Shown here: in pieces, positions 1 to 9,816 of the stretch
Layout: each line of letters starts with the position of its first letter
Numbering within the stretch: the first letter of the stretch is position 1
Assembly: GCA_002314805.1 (NCBI GenBank)
Contig: DCHJ01000038.1
Span: 31,957-95,956 of the forward strand
DNA: 64,000 bases
Direction of reading: 5' to 3'
Origin: Lachnospiraceae bacterium UBA1755
GTDB lineage: Bacteria; Bacillota; Clostridia; Lachnospirales; Lachnospiraceae
The notes under the pieces: generated by a model
The model's database searches: none
Told to the model about the DNA's origin: nothing
What the model saw: only the letters and a program-made list of their open reading frames with translations
Position numbers and translations under genes: made by a program

Positions 1-1
1 A

Positions 2-64
2 TTCGGAGACTACTCTGAAGCTGTTAAAGACTTTTGCAGGATCATGAATATCAAATTGATTTAA
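2..64 (+). CDS. 3' end of an unidentified CDS truncated by the window edge
   Basis: Frame 2 is open from the window edge (..FGDYSEAVKDFCRIMNIKLI) to TAA at 62-64. A hairpin follows at 96-135. Too short to name. Confidence 0.3.
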   Translation, partial: FGDYSEAVKDFCRIMNIKLI

Positions 65-95
65 GTGGTATATGTTAAGTTCAGCAAATAGAAGG

Positions 96-135
96 GCCGT
101 CGCACTGACGATTAGATAATCAATAGTGCGACGGC
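96..135. terminator. Hairpin between convergent genes (possible bidirectional terminator)
   Basis: 11-bp perfect stem gccgtcgcact (96-106) / agtgcgacggc (125-135) with an 18-nt loop. On the minus strand it is followed by cttctatttgc. It lies downstream of both the 5' partial CDS and the regulator at 282. Confidence 0.4.
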
Positions 136-183
136 TCCTTATGTATGTATTAATGCTTATGTATGTGTTATTGCTGATGTAGG

Positions 184-244
184 AATCGACATTCATTGTG
201 GTTTAACTCAGAATGTTGGGGGCTACCTTTGGGGGATGCCGAAT
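184..244. repeat. Copy A of a 61-nt intergenic repeat (pairs with 9900-9960)
   Basis: Gap-free alignment to 9900-9960 gives 52/61 identical positions (aatcgacattc...gaatgttggNggctacc...atgccgaat). The adjacent 163-176 segment atgtgttattgctg is identical to 10092-10105. Confidence 0.75.
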
Positions 245-281
245 TAAAATGCTCCGCGCGTCAAATTCGCTGATATGAGAT

Positions 282-1475
282 TTAATGAATCTGTCTCATA
301 TAATGGACTTCCCGGCTGAATTTTTCAAGAAGTTCCCTCTTGTTTCTGACATCCATCTTTCTATACAGCTTGCCTAGCTGCTTCTTAATGGTAGAGACAC
401 TGACATCCTCCAGTAAAGCCATCTGATTGATGGAACTACCTGTCCGTGCCCAAAAAAGAAGCGTATAGTCCAATTCAGTTAAATCCAGTAAAGTGTTGAA
501 GTTAATATGATATTTTAGATATGCAGGGTAAGCCCTTAGCCATGTGTTTGATGCTTTCTGCAACAGATCAACGGTTTCCTTAGGATAGTATTTTTTAATT
601 ACCAGTATGCCTTCCTGGTAGAATACAAGAAATAATGCAAAAAGCGAATAGTTCTCATGCTTCAGTGTTAAATCGACAGCTTTTCTAATATGAAGATCCC
701 GCTTATTTTCGTTGCGAAAAAAGGAATACATTATTGAAAGGTATAGATGGATCAGCATTGCGGCATGAAAATAACCGTTTCTCTCAAGCTCCATGCAGAT
801 GATCTCGTGAGATGCGGTGGTATTACGTGGTGCATCTGTATATAAGCTGCATACATCAGAATATGCATTTTCTTCCGCAAGAAACGGAAGAAATCCCTTT
901 GAGTAGCAAGAATCGATATCAATTTCCAGTGGCTCTGAAAATTGCGATGTTCCGTAAATAACACTGTCCAGCTCACGCTTTATGAGCAATAGCTCATCCT
1001 GATGACGGTCTGCGGAGGTAATTGCCCTGTTACATGTGTCAAATGCTTCTACAGCCTTGTCAAACTGCAATTCTACGATATATGCCATAGTCAGATAATA
1101 ATAGGCTCCTATCTTGAGGCACAATCGTTCTGTTTTTTGAAGCAGCGCATCAAGAGTACGGATACACTCTGCATATTCGGTCTTGCAAAACTGCACGATC
1201 CCGTCATACAGCTGCTTTTCATCGGGGGGCAGTTCATTAGGATCATCATTTGAGGAAAAACAATAGATGAGGTCAGGAAAAATATAACGGTCATCACATT
1301 CAGGACGATTACTCTTCTTTCTGCCGTCTTCAGGTTTGGGAGCGATATCCGGTATCATCCAGCTGTTGCCGACTATGATTGCACCCTCAATCCTTCCTTC
1401 AGAAGCGAGCTTGGCGACACGTCTTGGACTGATATTCCATTTCTCTGCAGTTTCAGTGGTAGATAAATATCGCAT
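282..1475 (-). CDS. Transcriptional regulator with an N-terminal MerR/excisionase-type HTH and a C-terminal LuxR/GerE-type HTH
   Basis: Start moved to the ATG at 1475 (MRYLSTTE..), which is preceded by AGGAGG. N-terminus: TAEKWNISPRRVAKLASEGRIEGAIIVGNSWMIP. C-terminus: LTELDYTLLFWARTGSSINQMALLEDVSVSTIKKQLGKLYRKMDVRNKRELLEKF, matching the GerE consensus. The roughly 250-aa helical middle region is unassigned. Confidence 0.8.
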   Translation of the reverse strand: MRYLSTTETAEKWNISPRRVAKLASEGRIEGAIIVGNSWMIPDIAPKPEDGRKKSNRPECDDRYIFPDLIYCFSSNDDPNELPPDEKQLYDGIVQFCKTEYAECIRTLDALLQKTERLCLKIGAYYYLTMAYIVELQFDKAVEAFDTCNRAITSADRHQDELLLIKRELDSVIYGTSQFSEPLEIDIDSCYSKGFLPFLAEENAYSDVCSLYTDAPRNTTASHEIICMELERNGYFHAAMLIHLYLSIMYSFFRNENKRDLHIRKAVDLTLKHENYSLFALFLVFYQEGILVIKKYYPKETVDLLQKASNTWLRAYPAYLKYHINFNTLLDLTELDYTLLFWARTGSSINQMALLEDVSVSTIKKQLGKLYRKMDVRNKRELLEKFSREVHYMRQIH

Positions 1476-1518
1476 ATGGCCTCCTATTGTTCGGCCGGAT
1501 GAACAAAACATGTTATTA

Positions 1519-1538
1519 ATAGTTTAGCCAAAAACTAT
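1519..1538. promoter_or_regulatory. 20-bp palindrome in the divergent regulator / giant-gene spacer (candidate operator)
   Basis: ATAGTTT-agccaa-AAACTAT, with 7-bp perfect arms and a 6-nt spacer. It lies 44 nt upstream of the regulator start codon. Confidence 0.3.
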
Positions 1539-1647
1539 GATTAATCAAGGATTTTTCGTGATTCTAGCGATTATTCACGCAAATTGTGGTTCATTCTGCA
1601 TAGGCTTAAGCCCTGAAAGTAAAGTCTATGCGGTACTTTTATACGGA

Positions 1648-1677
1648 TTGAATGTCCATAAGTATGTAAGGTATAAT
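1648..1677 (+). promoter_or_regulatory. Sigma-A-like promoter of the giant surface-protein gene
   Basis: TTGAAT (1648-1653), 18-nt spacer, TATAAT (1672-1677). The RBS GGGGGGTG precedes the ATG at 1708. Confidence 0.45.
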
Positions 1678-1707
1678 CTAGTTGAAAACTCACAGGGGGG
1701 TGTGACC

Positions 1708-4700
1708 ATGAATAAGACAATTTTACGCAAGCTGGCGGTTTTAATGGCATTTGTAATGCTATTCACCAGCATTCCCATGACTTCATTAGCAGCGCAGGAA
1801 AGTTATGTACTCGTGCCGGAAAGAAGTATATATACATCGGATATGGAATCTGGTGCATTCTATCTGGGCAGCGAGACGGCAGAATTCAATGAAAATGAAA
1901 AAGGGCCGTATATGCTGAAGGTGGTTCGCAATGGAGCGGCAGACAATAAAGCCACTGTAAGGCTCCATATGCTGGATGTGACCGCAAAGTACGGAGAGGA
2001 TTACACAGTACGTATTTCAGACGCATCCATCATAGAAAAGGGTGCCCAGAATACGGATACGTCTAAGTCCATTACAGAAGTAATGAGCTCTGATAAAGTC
2101 ACGGAATATAACTATTCTGATGCAGTAGTTGAAGGACTGATCACGGCGGAGAACCAGCTGGAGAAAGAAGAACAGGAAGAAGATCTAAAGGAGGCAAAAG
2201 CTTATCTTAACGATGAGACTGCCTCGTCTTCCGATGCAAAAAGTGATGATGCTGATGCATCATTATCAGAGGCAGCATCAAAAGAAAGCGTTAAGCCTGC
2301 AGAGGAGGAAGATGCTTCTTATTCAGAAACAGGTCTTGACGGAGCAGTGATCAACGATGCTACTTTTTCCGAAGCATCTGATATTGAACCAATTAAAGTC
2401 ACTTCAGCCCTGCAGCATCTTTCTCTTGCTCAGCTCAAGGAACTGCAGACCGGTATAACCAATGATAAGACCTCTATGAGCTATGACAGCGAAAGTGATC
2501 TGCTGGGCATAAACATGGATAGCTTCGGTGAGGAAAATGTTGAAGATCCGTATTTTTCGGAGAGCAGGGAAGAAATACTGAGGCAGCTGTCTTCGACATA
2601 CATCGATATTGACTTTAAGCCCGGAGTCTCAGAACGCTATGTGAAAATCGAAGTGATCGATGACGATAAATCACAGGGCAATCTCCAGGCAGAGTTTTCT
2701 CTCGGAAGCGTGGATGACAGTACAGTCAGCAAGGAGTACAGCACCTTCATCATGATCATCAACGATGATGAAGAGTATGTGCCGGATACCGTCCAGTTCA
2801 CATCTGCAGAGTATGTGCCTGCAAACGGTTATGTTTCCGTAAGCGTGGAGCGTAAAGGAAATCTCAATGAGCTTGCAAGCGTAATGATAGATACTGAAAG
2901 CATAACCGCAGAGCCGGAGACACAGTTCTCTGAGGTCCATGCTGCGAATTACTTTGTGTACGGCGTAAAAGAAAGAGCAGTAAAAATCCCTATCGTGAGC
3001 ACAGGACTTACCGAGGATGTCCAGTTTAAAGTAAAGCTTCAGGAACCGGTAGGCTGTGAGCTTGGAGATATCACAGAGGCAATATGTACGATACGTCCTA
3101 CGGATAAGAGCTTTGAGACTACGCTGGAAACCACATCACAGTCCGATCCTTCTGCAGCACCGCTTAAGGCTGCTGCAGCCGGTGAGGAGCAGGATGAAAT
3201 AGAACATGACTATGATGTAATATCAGACGACGGCACGGCCAACCTGGAGGGCATGGAATGGTGGGATATCATTCTCGACAGAAATGCCAAGGTTTACGGC
3301 GATGATATGAAACAGCAAGTAGTCTGGGCCCATGCTGATGCCGCAGGTAGCGTAATATATAGGTCCGACATAAAGGCGTGGGAGTTATATACGCGACGTC
3401 ATATCGCGCAAAGTGGCGCTGCCACCCGTGTCGGTTTCAACTTTCATCCATGGGAGACGCGCCTTGACTGGAACGGAATGCAGGTTGAATGGAAAAAAGA
3501 GAACGGTGGAAGTGAGCTTAAAGTTGCAGACGTGGGGGTATATACATATGTGAAAGCAGAGCCTCCGAGTATCGATCACTATGGAAGAAGTGTAAAGAAT
3601 TGGGATAGAAGGACGGACTGCTACTGGTCATCGACCAAGTACAACGCAGTCTGGGAATTTGGCTTATTCATTGAGACAGCAAGGTGGGGTTTTCCGCATC
3701 TGTATATCTATGGCATTACACCTATCAAGAGACCATTTGAAATCACGCTGGAGACATCACAGCCGTTCACACTTATTACCGATCAGGGAAAAAGGATAAA
3801 GAACAGCGAAAGCAGCAATAAGGTATATCAGAATGCACATCTGACGAAGATAGTCGAGGGAAAAACAAATAATACCATTACCACGGTGTCTGGTCATACG
3901 GTGACTGTCGGACTTTCTGATGAGGACAATCCGATCGCATACATAGCGGGACTGGAGGTAGTGGACTCTTCAGGCAAGGGAATGAATATCTGGTCGGCTA
4001 AGGATAATGAGTATCCCTCAAGTGCGACCTTTGAACTCACCAATAACCTGCTTCAGCGCATAGATAAATTTGATGCCCTTACTCTTGAAAAGGTAAAAGA
4101 TGAGGCACACGGATTCAGGGGAAACAAGGGAAAATTCTCCATCCGGGCAATTGTAAAGAATAAGCCTGCAGTACTCAAGTATAAAGAGGATGCGAGATGT
4201 GATCTTGTGCTTTGGGATGTTGATGATAACAATGTGATCACGCAGAAGACCGGCAAAAAGGTCGGAGACATGACCTATTATACCTACGGTATGGGCGACT
4301 GCGTGAGATATCAGGCAAATATCAAGGATGAGTACAAGACGGAATACGTGTATTCCGGAATTGATTTTCTGGTAGAGGGACAGCCCACGCGTACAACCTG
4401 GGTCATGGAGGGTGACCTTGGAAAAGGATATGTAAAAGAAATTGCAGATAAGCAGGAGCAGACAATAAGAGCCAATCTGAGCAAGTGGGACAACCGGGTA
4501 GTCGTGAGAATAGCCAAGACAGATGACAAGCTGTTTGACCATGACAAGGGCTTTTTTGCAGATGCATTATCCGTCGAGGCATCCGGTAATTACCTTTATT
4601 ATATTATAGAAAGTGACCCGCAGAAGATCCCGGGCAGGGTGTTTGTGCTTACTGCGTACCTTAAGGACGGATGCGCAGGCATGATCCCGGTATGGCAGGA

Positions 4701-7700
4701 CATAAACCATAAAGAAAAGTACAGCCAGAACACATACTACTTTGACGGCAGCCAGAAAAAGGAAGAAAACGTAGTCCTGTTAACCGCCGAAAGGGGAGTG
4801 CAGCAGAAGTACAGCATTACGGGAAAGGTGTACTACGATGTGGCTCAATTGGGAGAAACCAAGACACTTGAGGGATGGATACCGGCCTCAGGACTTCCGA
4901 TACTGGTTGATGTTACTCACTATGGTATTACAGACAAAGACGGTGTGTTCTCAACAACAGAGTTTGCCGGAATAAAGAATTATTATGTAAAGACGAGAAT
5001 CGGTACGGACAGGGATGCTGTATACCGGTCTGTCAAGCTTGAGAATAAAAAGGATATAGATATTGGAAGGATAGTATTCAATACCCAGAGCAAGACACAT
5101 CCAAGGTTTACATTCCTTAAGGGCAACAGCTTTGACAGAAAAACAGGGATACTGATTGCAGATTCGATTAAATACATCGTCATCGGAAATGAGTCTACCG
5201 TATCAGGTACGCTTCTTAGTGCGGGAACTACGGATACGAATGAGTTTGGTAATGATTTCACTTATACCTATATGCAGAAGGGTAAAAGCATGACAGCCAA
5301 GGAATCAGTGAAACGAGTCGAATTCGTCGTATACGGTGATCATACTGAGAAGGCAGTATATAAAATCGATGCACCTAGCGAGGGAACCGATCCCAAGAAA
5401 TGGAGTAGTCCATATGTATTTGCCAAAGGACATTATCTGGATTACAAGGCAGGGGATCTGCTGTTTGCAAGGGTCGTTACTGACAGAAAAACTGACGACG
5501 GAACGGATGTTATTTCTAACGAAGTGACCTATCCTCCGATCAATACAGGCATGTCTTTTGTTGAAGAAGCACCCACAAGTCCTGAGTTTACAAAGCTGGT
5601 CGTACCGTCTACTGATGGTTTTAAGCTTCCGGTCATTGGTAATCTTACAACAATGCTTTCATTAAGCTATCTCAACCTTGGAATAGAGACTACAGTCGAT
5701 AATGGAATAAGAGTGAACTTCGGAGCCAGCTTCCCTGCGGCGGGAAGTCACTTTGATAAGTATGGACTGGCTAAGTCTGATACTAAGGTAATGTACGGAG
5801 TATCGGATCTGGGCGAAGGCATGGAGACATTGATCAATAAACTTAAAGAAGCCCAGGATGCTGAAGAGTCCGGTACGACAGGAATTGGAATCAAGGCTTG
5901 GGGATTTAGACCGATAGTGGGTCTTTACTTTGAATTCCAGGCCCAGATGGTACCGACCCAGAAGGGAGGATATAAGCTTGTATACCGTTTCCTCGGAGGC
6001 GGAGCATATGGCGGATTCATAGGAACCTTCAGGTATACGCATTACTTCCTTGTTGGAGGAGTCCCTACGTATGTTGGAGGAGATTTAGAAGCTCAGATGC
6101 TACTTGAATGGGGAGCTGCTTATGACAAGGAAAAGACTCCAAAGGAATGGGAAATCACCAGGCTGGATCAGGACTTTTTGACAAAACTTACAAGCAACAC
6201 CCATACAAATTTCATCCTGCGCATGATATTCTACGTCAATGCTTATGCAGGGGTAGGAATCTGTAAGACATTGGGAGTAAGGGGAGGTTTTGCGTTCTCC
6301 TTCCATTTCATCAACAATAAGGCCATAACCAAGAACTACCCTAAGGTCAATCCTACAGGCTTTTATGCGACAGGACATCTAAAGTTCTGGGCAGATGTGA
6401 TAGTATTCTCAATTCCGGTACCGGTACTCAGTTTCACAAAAGATCAACCGTGGCGAGCAGGCTATTATGCGGATATTAAGGTGGGTGAAACGGATGAAGA
6501 GACAACAAGTGAGATTGATGAAACAAGTCAGGAACTCGGAGATATAATCCCTAAAGCCCGTCTTAGCAAGGAGTCGACATTTGTAGGCCATTTTGATACG
6601 CGCGAATCGATCCGGGGACTGGACAGCGAATGGGAGGGCAGTATAACCGGACGCAACATAATATGCCATTCATATGATGATGCCTCCCAGAAACTGGTGG
6701 AAGTACAGACACCTTCAAACGCTTCAAAGAAAATAATGATGACTTATCTTGAAGATGACTTTGACAGGGAATCAGTAGACCGGACAAGGCTCATGTATTC
6801 AATCTACGATGAAGATCAGGAGACATGGTCAGATCCGGAACCGATAGATCCAAGTGACACAACGGCGGATTTCAGCCCGTATGTATGTGACAGAGGAGGG
6901 GACGTACTGATCACATGGGCATCCGGAAAAGATCCTATGACTAATATTGGAACAGCATCATATTCTGAAATCTTAAAGTCACAGCAGATATTTACTGCCC
7001 GTTTCGATAAGTCTGACAAAAAGATCAAGGATATAACACAGATCACGGATGACGGTTATATGAATGCAAATCCGATTGCAGTCTATGATGAGTCGACCGG
7101 AAAGACGTTTGTGTTCTATCTCAAATCATATGTTGGGGATATCACTACATCAGAAGACCTCATCAAATATTCAATGCCGCAGACCAATAAGGCCGAAATC
7201 GCGTACCGGATATATGATGACAGCGCTGATGGAGGCAAGGGCAAGTGGCTGACGGATGAATACCTCGATGGAGAGCTTCCTGATGACCCTGTAAAGGCAG
7301 AAATCGTAAAAGCACAGCTTAACGGACAGCGTTTCGTAGCATCTCCTATCAGCGAGTTTGGAATAAATAATCCTGTCATCAGTGATTATGCAATTATTGA
7401 AGCAAGTCTTCATGACAACATTGATGAGATGGTCCGTAAGATATGTACACTTGCCGATGTCGATTACAACGAATTGAAAAATGCTGATGAAGCTGCTGAA
7501 AGTAAGCTTGATGCTTATGTTGCTTCACATCAGGACGTGGTAAAGAATCTGTATAAGACCAAGAAGAATGTGGGTATATATGCTTATGTTGTGGATACCG
7601 ACAACAACATGAGCACCACAGAGGACCAGGAGATTTATCTCCAGACCTTTGATACAGCCACACATACATTCGGTACTCCGATAAGGATCACCAATAATGC

Positions 7701-9759
7701 TGTAGGTGAAAACCACATCAAGCTGGTCCAGAACGATGATACGGCATATATGTTCTGGATCGAGAATGGACAAACTGATGCACAAACCCAGATGAACTCA
7801 TCGGAAAGTACCATCAATTATGTTGACCTTTCAGAATTGATAGGAATCGATGATGAGGCCGGACGGCAGGAATTAATACAGTCTATTGGCAGTATGTATG
7901 CAGGATGTGATCGTAGTGGCAGCAGCCTTACGGATTACAGCGTGTTTGCAGATTCCAATGATAATCTGCATCTTGCATGGGCAGAAAGCACAGAGGATAA
8001 GCTGGATGGGTCAGAGGAAGAATACATACCTCAGCAGGATGTCTATGTTGCTTCTCTGATGCGTAATGCTGCCGATTCTGTGACCGGTAAGGCCACTCCT
8101 TCAGGATGGTCAAATGGAATTAGAATTACTAATTCGAAGGAAATCAACGGACTTCCGCAATTTTCAGAACTTAGTGATGGATCACTGCTTATGATGAGCA
8201 ACAGCTATAGTGTTGACCTGGCAAGTGAAACTACCGAACTGATTGACTCAAACCTGAAAGAAACAGTTATGACATCTGCAGGTATTGCAGTTCCGACAAG
8301 CGTTTCGACTGTAAGGCTGCCAAATAAGGCAGGCGAGCAGTTTGAAGTCACGGTAGAGTTTACAAACCTTGGCAACGAGCAAACTGAATCATTTGATTAT
8401 AAGCTGCAGATATGTGCTGACGGAAAAACAATAGACGGCATGACTAAAGCAGGTACCGTTGCAAGACCACTTGTGGTTAATGAGAAGCGCACTGTCACAG
8501 AGACATTTACAATGACTGAGGACGCACTTAAGAATATTAATAAACTGTCGCTCTATGCAGAAACCAAGCCAAAGAGGGGCCCGGATTATACGTCCAAGAA
8601 AACTCTCTCATTTGGCAGCCAGCTTCCAAATTACAATATCGCAAACGTATCTATAAATCAGGAAGGAAATAACTTCCGGATAACAGGTACGGTTGAGGAT
8701 GCCGGAGTGGTTGCAGGCAGCAGCCAGGATGTGCTTGTGATAGCTGATGATGGTGACAATATACTTGCTAAGATACCATTGACAGGCATGGTAAGCGGAA
8801 AACAGGATTTCAACAGACTTATCCCGATCACGAAGGATACGGCATACTACAGATATGCACATCTTATGCTTCAGGTGAAACGCGGCACGCAGGAGTGTTC
8901 AAGCCCACAATATGTAAGAGGATATATGAAACAGCCTTCGGGACTTACAATTGAGGGTGCGACAAACGATCAGATCATATTAACCGTGGGACAGAGCTTG
9001 ACACTAAACGGCAGTTTTGATGAGTCAGTGTATTTCGGAGAAGTAAAACCGATTTATGCTGTAGAGGACGGTCTTGTGGCACGGCTTGACGGGGATGTAA
9101 TCACAGGCGTGGCATCAGGTACTACACAGCTTTTCATGACAGTGGATCAGTGCGGCGGCAACAAGACGGTTACGGTCATCATAAATGATGCACCTGTACC
9201 TAAGAGAAAAGGAGGCTCATCAGGCGGATCACTCATCCCTGCAGAGGATGGCCCGGCCAATGCGGTACAACTCAGCGGTGACTGGAAACAGGATGAAGAT
9301 GGCACATGGTCATTTATCGGCAAAGACGGCAAGCCTGTTACGGGGTGGGGCAAGACCAGATCGGGTACTGACACGGAATACTACCATTTCAACGAAAATG
9401 GTGTTATGGATACAGGATGGTATCTGGACACAGACGGATCATGGTATTACCTGCATGAGGTAAAAGACAGACGAGAGGGAGCCATGGACCGGGGCTGGCA
9501 CTTGGATTCAAGGGATTGCAATTGGTATTATCTTGACCCTAAGACCGGCAAGATGAAAGTCGGATGGGTTTATGATAATGGCAATTACTATTATATGTCT
9601 GAAGACAAAAATGGTGCTACATGGGTCAGGATGAAAGCGGGCTACTGGACATATTCAGGCAAAGGGCGCCCCTACGGTTCTATGTACCGAAAGGAAAAGA
9701 CCCCGGATAACAAAACCGTGGGAGGTGACGGAGCACTCGTGATAGACGCAGGCTCTTGA
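1708..9759 (+). CDS. Giant secreted cell-wall-binding protein (2,683 aa) with Calx-beta-like, propeller-like, CARDB-like, Big_2 and choline-binding-type repeat regions
   Basis: The signal peptide MNKTILRKLAVLMAFVMLFTSIPMTSLAAQE starts at the ATG at 1708. Calx-beta-like motifs: VVRNGAADNKATVRLHMLDVTAKYGEDYTV and ERYVKIEVIDDDKSQGNLQAEFSLG. Big_2-like: LTVGQSLTLNGSF..GVASGTTQLFMTV. C-terminal GW/YY repeats: TGWGKT..YYHFNENGVMDTGWYLDTDGSWYYL..VGWVYDNGNYYYM. No LPXTG motif. Confidence 0.85.
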   Translation: MNKTILRKLAVLMAFVMLFTSIPMTSLAAQESYVLVPERSIYTSDMESGAFYLGSETAEFNENEKGPYMLKVVRNGAADNKATVRLHMLDVTAKYGEDYTVRISDASIIEKGAQNTDTSKSITEVMSSDKVTEYNYSDAVVEGLITAENQLEKEEQEEDLKEAKAYLNDETASSSDAKSDDADASLSEAASKESVKPAEEEDASYSETGLDGAVINDATFSEASDIEPIKVTSALQHLSLAQLKELQTGITNDKTSMSYDSESDLLGINMDSFGEENVEDPYFSESREEILRQLSSTYIDIDFKPGVSERYVKIEVIDDDKSQGNLQAEFSLGSVDDSTVSKEYSTFIMIINDDEEYVPDTVQFTSAEYVPANGYVSVSVERKGNLNELASVMIDTESITAEPETQFSEVHAANYFVYGVKERAVKIPIVSTGLTEDVQFKVKLQEPVGCELGDITEAICTIRPTDKSFETTLETTSQSDPSAAPLKAAAAGEEQDEIEHDYDVISDDGTANLEGMEWWDIILDRNAKVYGDDMKQQVVWAHADAAGSVIYRSDIKAWELYTRRHIAQSGAATRVGFNFHPWETRLDWNGMQVEWKKENGGSELKVADVGVYTYVKAEPPSIDHYGRSVKNWDRRTDCYWSSTKYNAVWEFGLFIETARWGFPHLYIYGITPIKRPFEITLETSQPFTLITDQGKRIKNSESSNKVYQNAHLTKIVEGKTNNTITTVSGHTVTVGLSDEDNPIAYIAGLEVVDSSGKGMNIWSAKDNEYPSSATFELTNNLLQRIDKFDALTLEKVKDEAHGFRGNKGKFSIRAIVKNKPAVLKYKEDARCDLVLWDVDDNNVITQKTGKKVGDMTYYTYGMGDCVRYQANIKDEYKTEYVYSGIDFLVEGQPTRTTWVMEGDLGKGYVKEIADKQEQTIRANLSKWDNRVVVRIAKTDDKLFDHDKGFFADALSVEASGNYLYYIIESDPQKIPGRVFVLTAYLKDGCAGMIPVWQDINHKEKYSQNTYYFDGSQKKEENVVLLTAERGVQQKYSITGKVYYDVAQLGETKTLEGWIPASGLPILVDVTHYGITDKDGVFSTTEFAGIKNYYVKTRIGTDRDAVYRSVKLENKKDIDIGRIVFNTQSKTHPRFTFLKGNSFDRKTGILIADSIKYIVIGNESTVSGTLLSAGTTDTNEFGNDFTYTYMQKGKSMTAKESVKRVEFVVYGDHTEKAVYKIDAPSEGTDPKKWSSPYVFAKGHYLDYKAGDLLFARVVTDRKTDDGTDVISNEVTYPPINTGMSFVEEAPTSPEFTKLVVPSTDGFKLPVIGNLTTMLSLSYLNLGIETTVDNGIRVNFGASFPAAGSHFDKYGLAKSDTKVMYGVSDLGEGMETLINKLKEAQDAEESGTTGIGIKAWGFRPIVGLYFEFQAQMVPTQKGGYKLVYRFLGGGAYGGFIGTFRYTHYFLVGGVPTYVGGDLEAQMLLEWGAAYDKEKTPKEWEITRLDQDFLTKLTSNTHTNFILRMIFYVNAYAGVGICKTLGVRGGFAFSFHFINNKAITKNYPKVNPTGFYATGHLKFWADVIVFSIPVPVLSFTKDQPWRAGYYADIKVGETDEETTSEIDETSQELGDIIPKARLSKESTFVGHFDTRESIRGLDSEWEGSITGRNIICHSYDDASQKLVEVQTPSNASKKIMMTYLEDDFDRESVDRTRLMYSIYDEDQETWSDPEPIDPSDTTADFSPYVCDRGGDVLITWASGKDPMTNIGTASYSEILKSQQIFTARFDKSDKKIKDITQITDDGYMNANPIAVYDESTGKTFVFYLKSYVGDITTSEDLIKYSMPQTNKAEIAYRIYDDSADGGKGKWLTDEYLDGELPDDPVKAEIVKAQLNGQRFVASPISEFGINNPVISDYAIIEASLHDNIDEMVRKICTLADVDYNELKNADEAAESKLDAYVASHQDVVKNLYKTKKNVGIYAYVVDTDNNMSTTEDQEIYLQTFDTATHTFGTPIRITNNAVGENHIKLVQNDDTAYMFWIENGQTDAQTQMNSSESTINYVDLSELIGIDDEAGRQELIQSIGSMYAGCDRSGSSLTDYSVFADSNDNLHLAWAESTEDKLDGSEEEYIPQQDVYVASLMRNAADSVTGKATPSGWSNGIRITNSKEINGLPQFSELSDGSLLMMSNSYSVDLASETTELIDSNLKETVMTSAGIAVPTSVSTVRLPNKAGEQFEVTVEFTNLGNEQTESFDYKLQICADGKTIDGMTKAGTVARPLVVNEKRTVTETFTMTEDALKNINKLSLYAETKPKRGPDYTSKKTLSFGSQLPNYNIANVSINQEGNNFRITGTVEDAGVVAGSSQDVLVIADDGDNILAKIPLTGMVSGKQDFNRLIPITKDTAYYRYAHLMLQVKRGTQECSSPQYVRGYMKQPSGLTIEGATNDQIILTVGQSLTLNGSFDESVYFGEVKPIYAVEDGLVARLDGDVITGVASGTTQLFMTVDQCGGNKTVTVIINDAPVPKRKGGSSGGSLIPAEDGPANAVQLSGDWKQDEDGTWSFIGKDGKPVTGWGKTRSGTDTEYYHFNENGVMDTGWYLDTDGSWYYLHEVKDRREGAMDRGWHLDSRDCNWYYLDPKTGKMKVGWVYDNGNYYYMSEDKNGATWVRMKAGYWTYSGKGRPYGSMYRKEKTPDNKTVGGDGALVIDAGS

Positions 9760-9816
9760 TTCGTACCTTAGGGGATAGCATAAAGTGGCAAATGTAGGAA
9801 GGATAAGATTTGGGAA

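Noticed and set aside
141-182. Hydrophobic mini-ORFs in the GT-rich flank modules (MYVLMLMYVLLLM at 141-182; MHVLLLLPV at 10088-10117), suggestive of leader peptides
   Set aside because: They have no RBS. The right-hand one overlaps the stop region of the convergent permease gene. The sequence similarity is better explained at the DNA level by repeated GTTATTGCTG strings.
1537-1707. N-terminal 57-aa extension of the giant ORF as listed in the ORF track
   Set aside because: It has no RBS and its sequence is hydrophobic and low-information. It also contains the predicted promoter (1648-1677). A canonical signal peptide with a G-rich RBS begins at the ATG at 1708.
1512-1707. Possible c-di-GMP (GEMM) riboswitch upstream of the giant adhesin-like gene
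   Set aside because: Only a loose 'acgcaaa' match is present. I could not find the conserved GEMM-I or GEMM-II cores or paired stems. The best promoter leaves only about a 25-nt leader. A covariance-model scan (Infernal/Rfam) would settle it.
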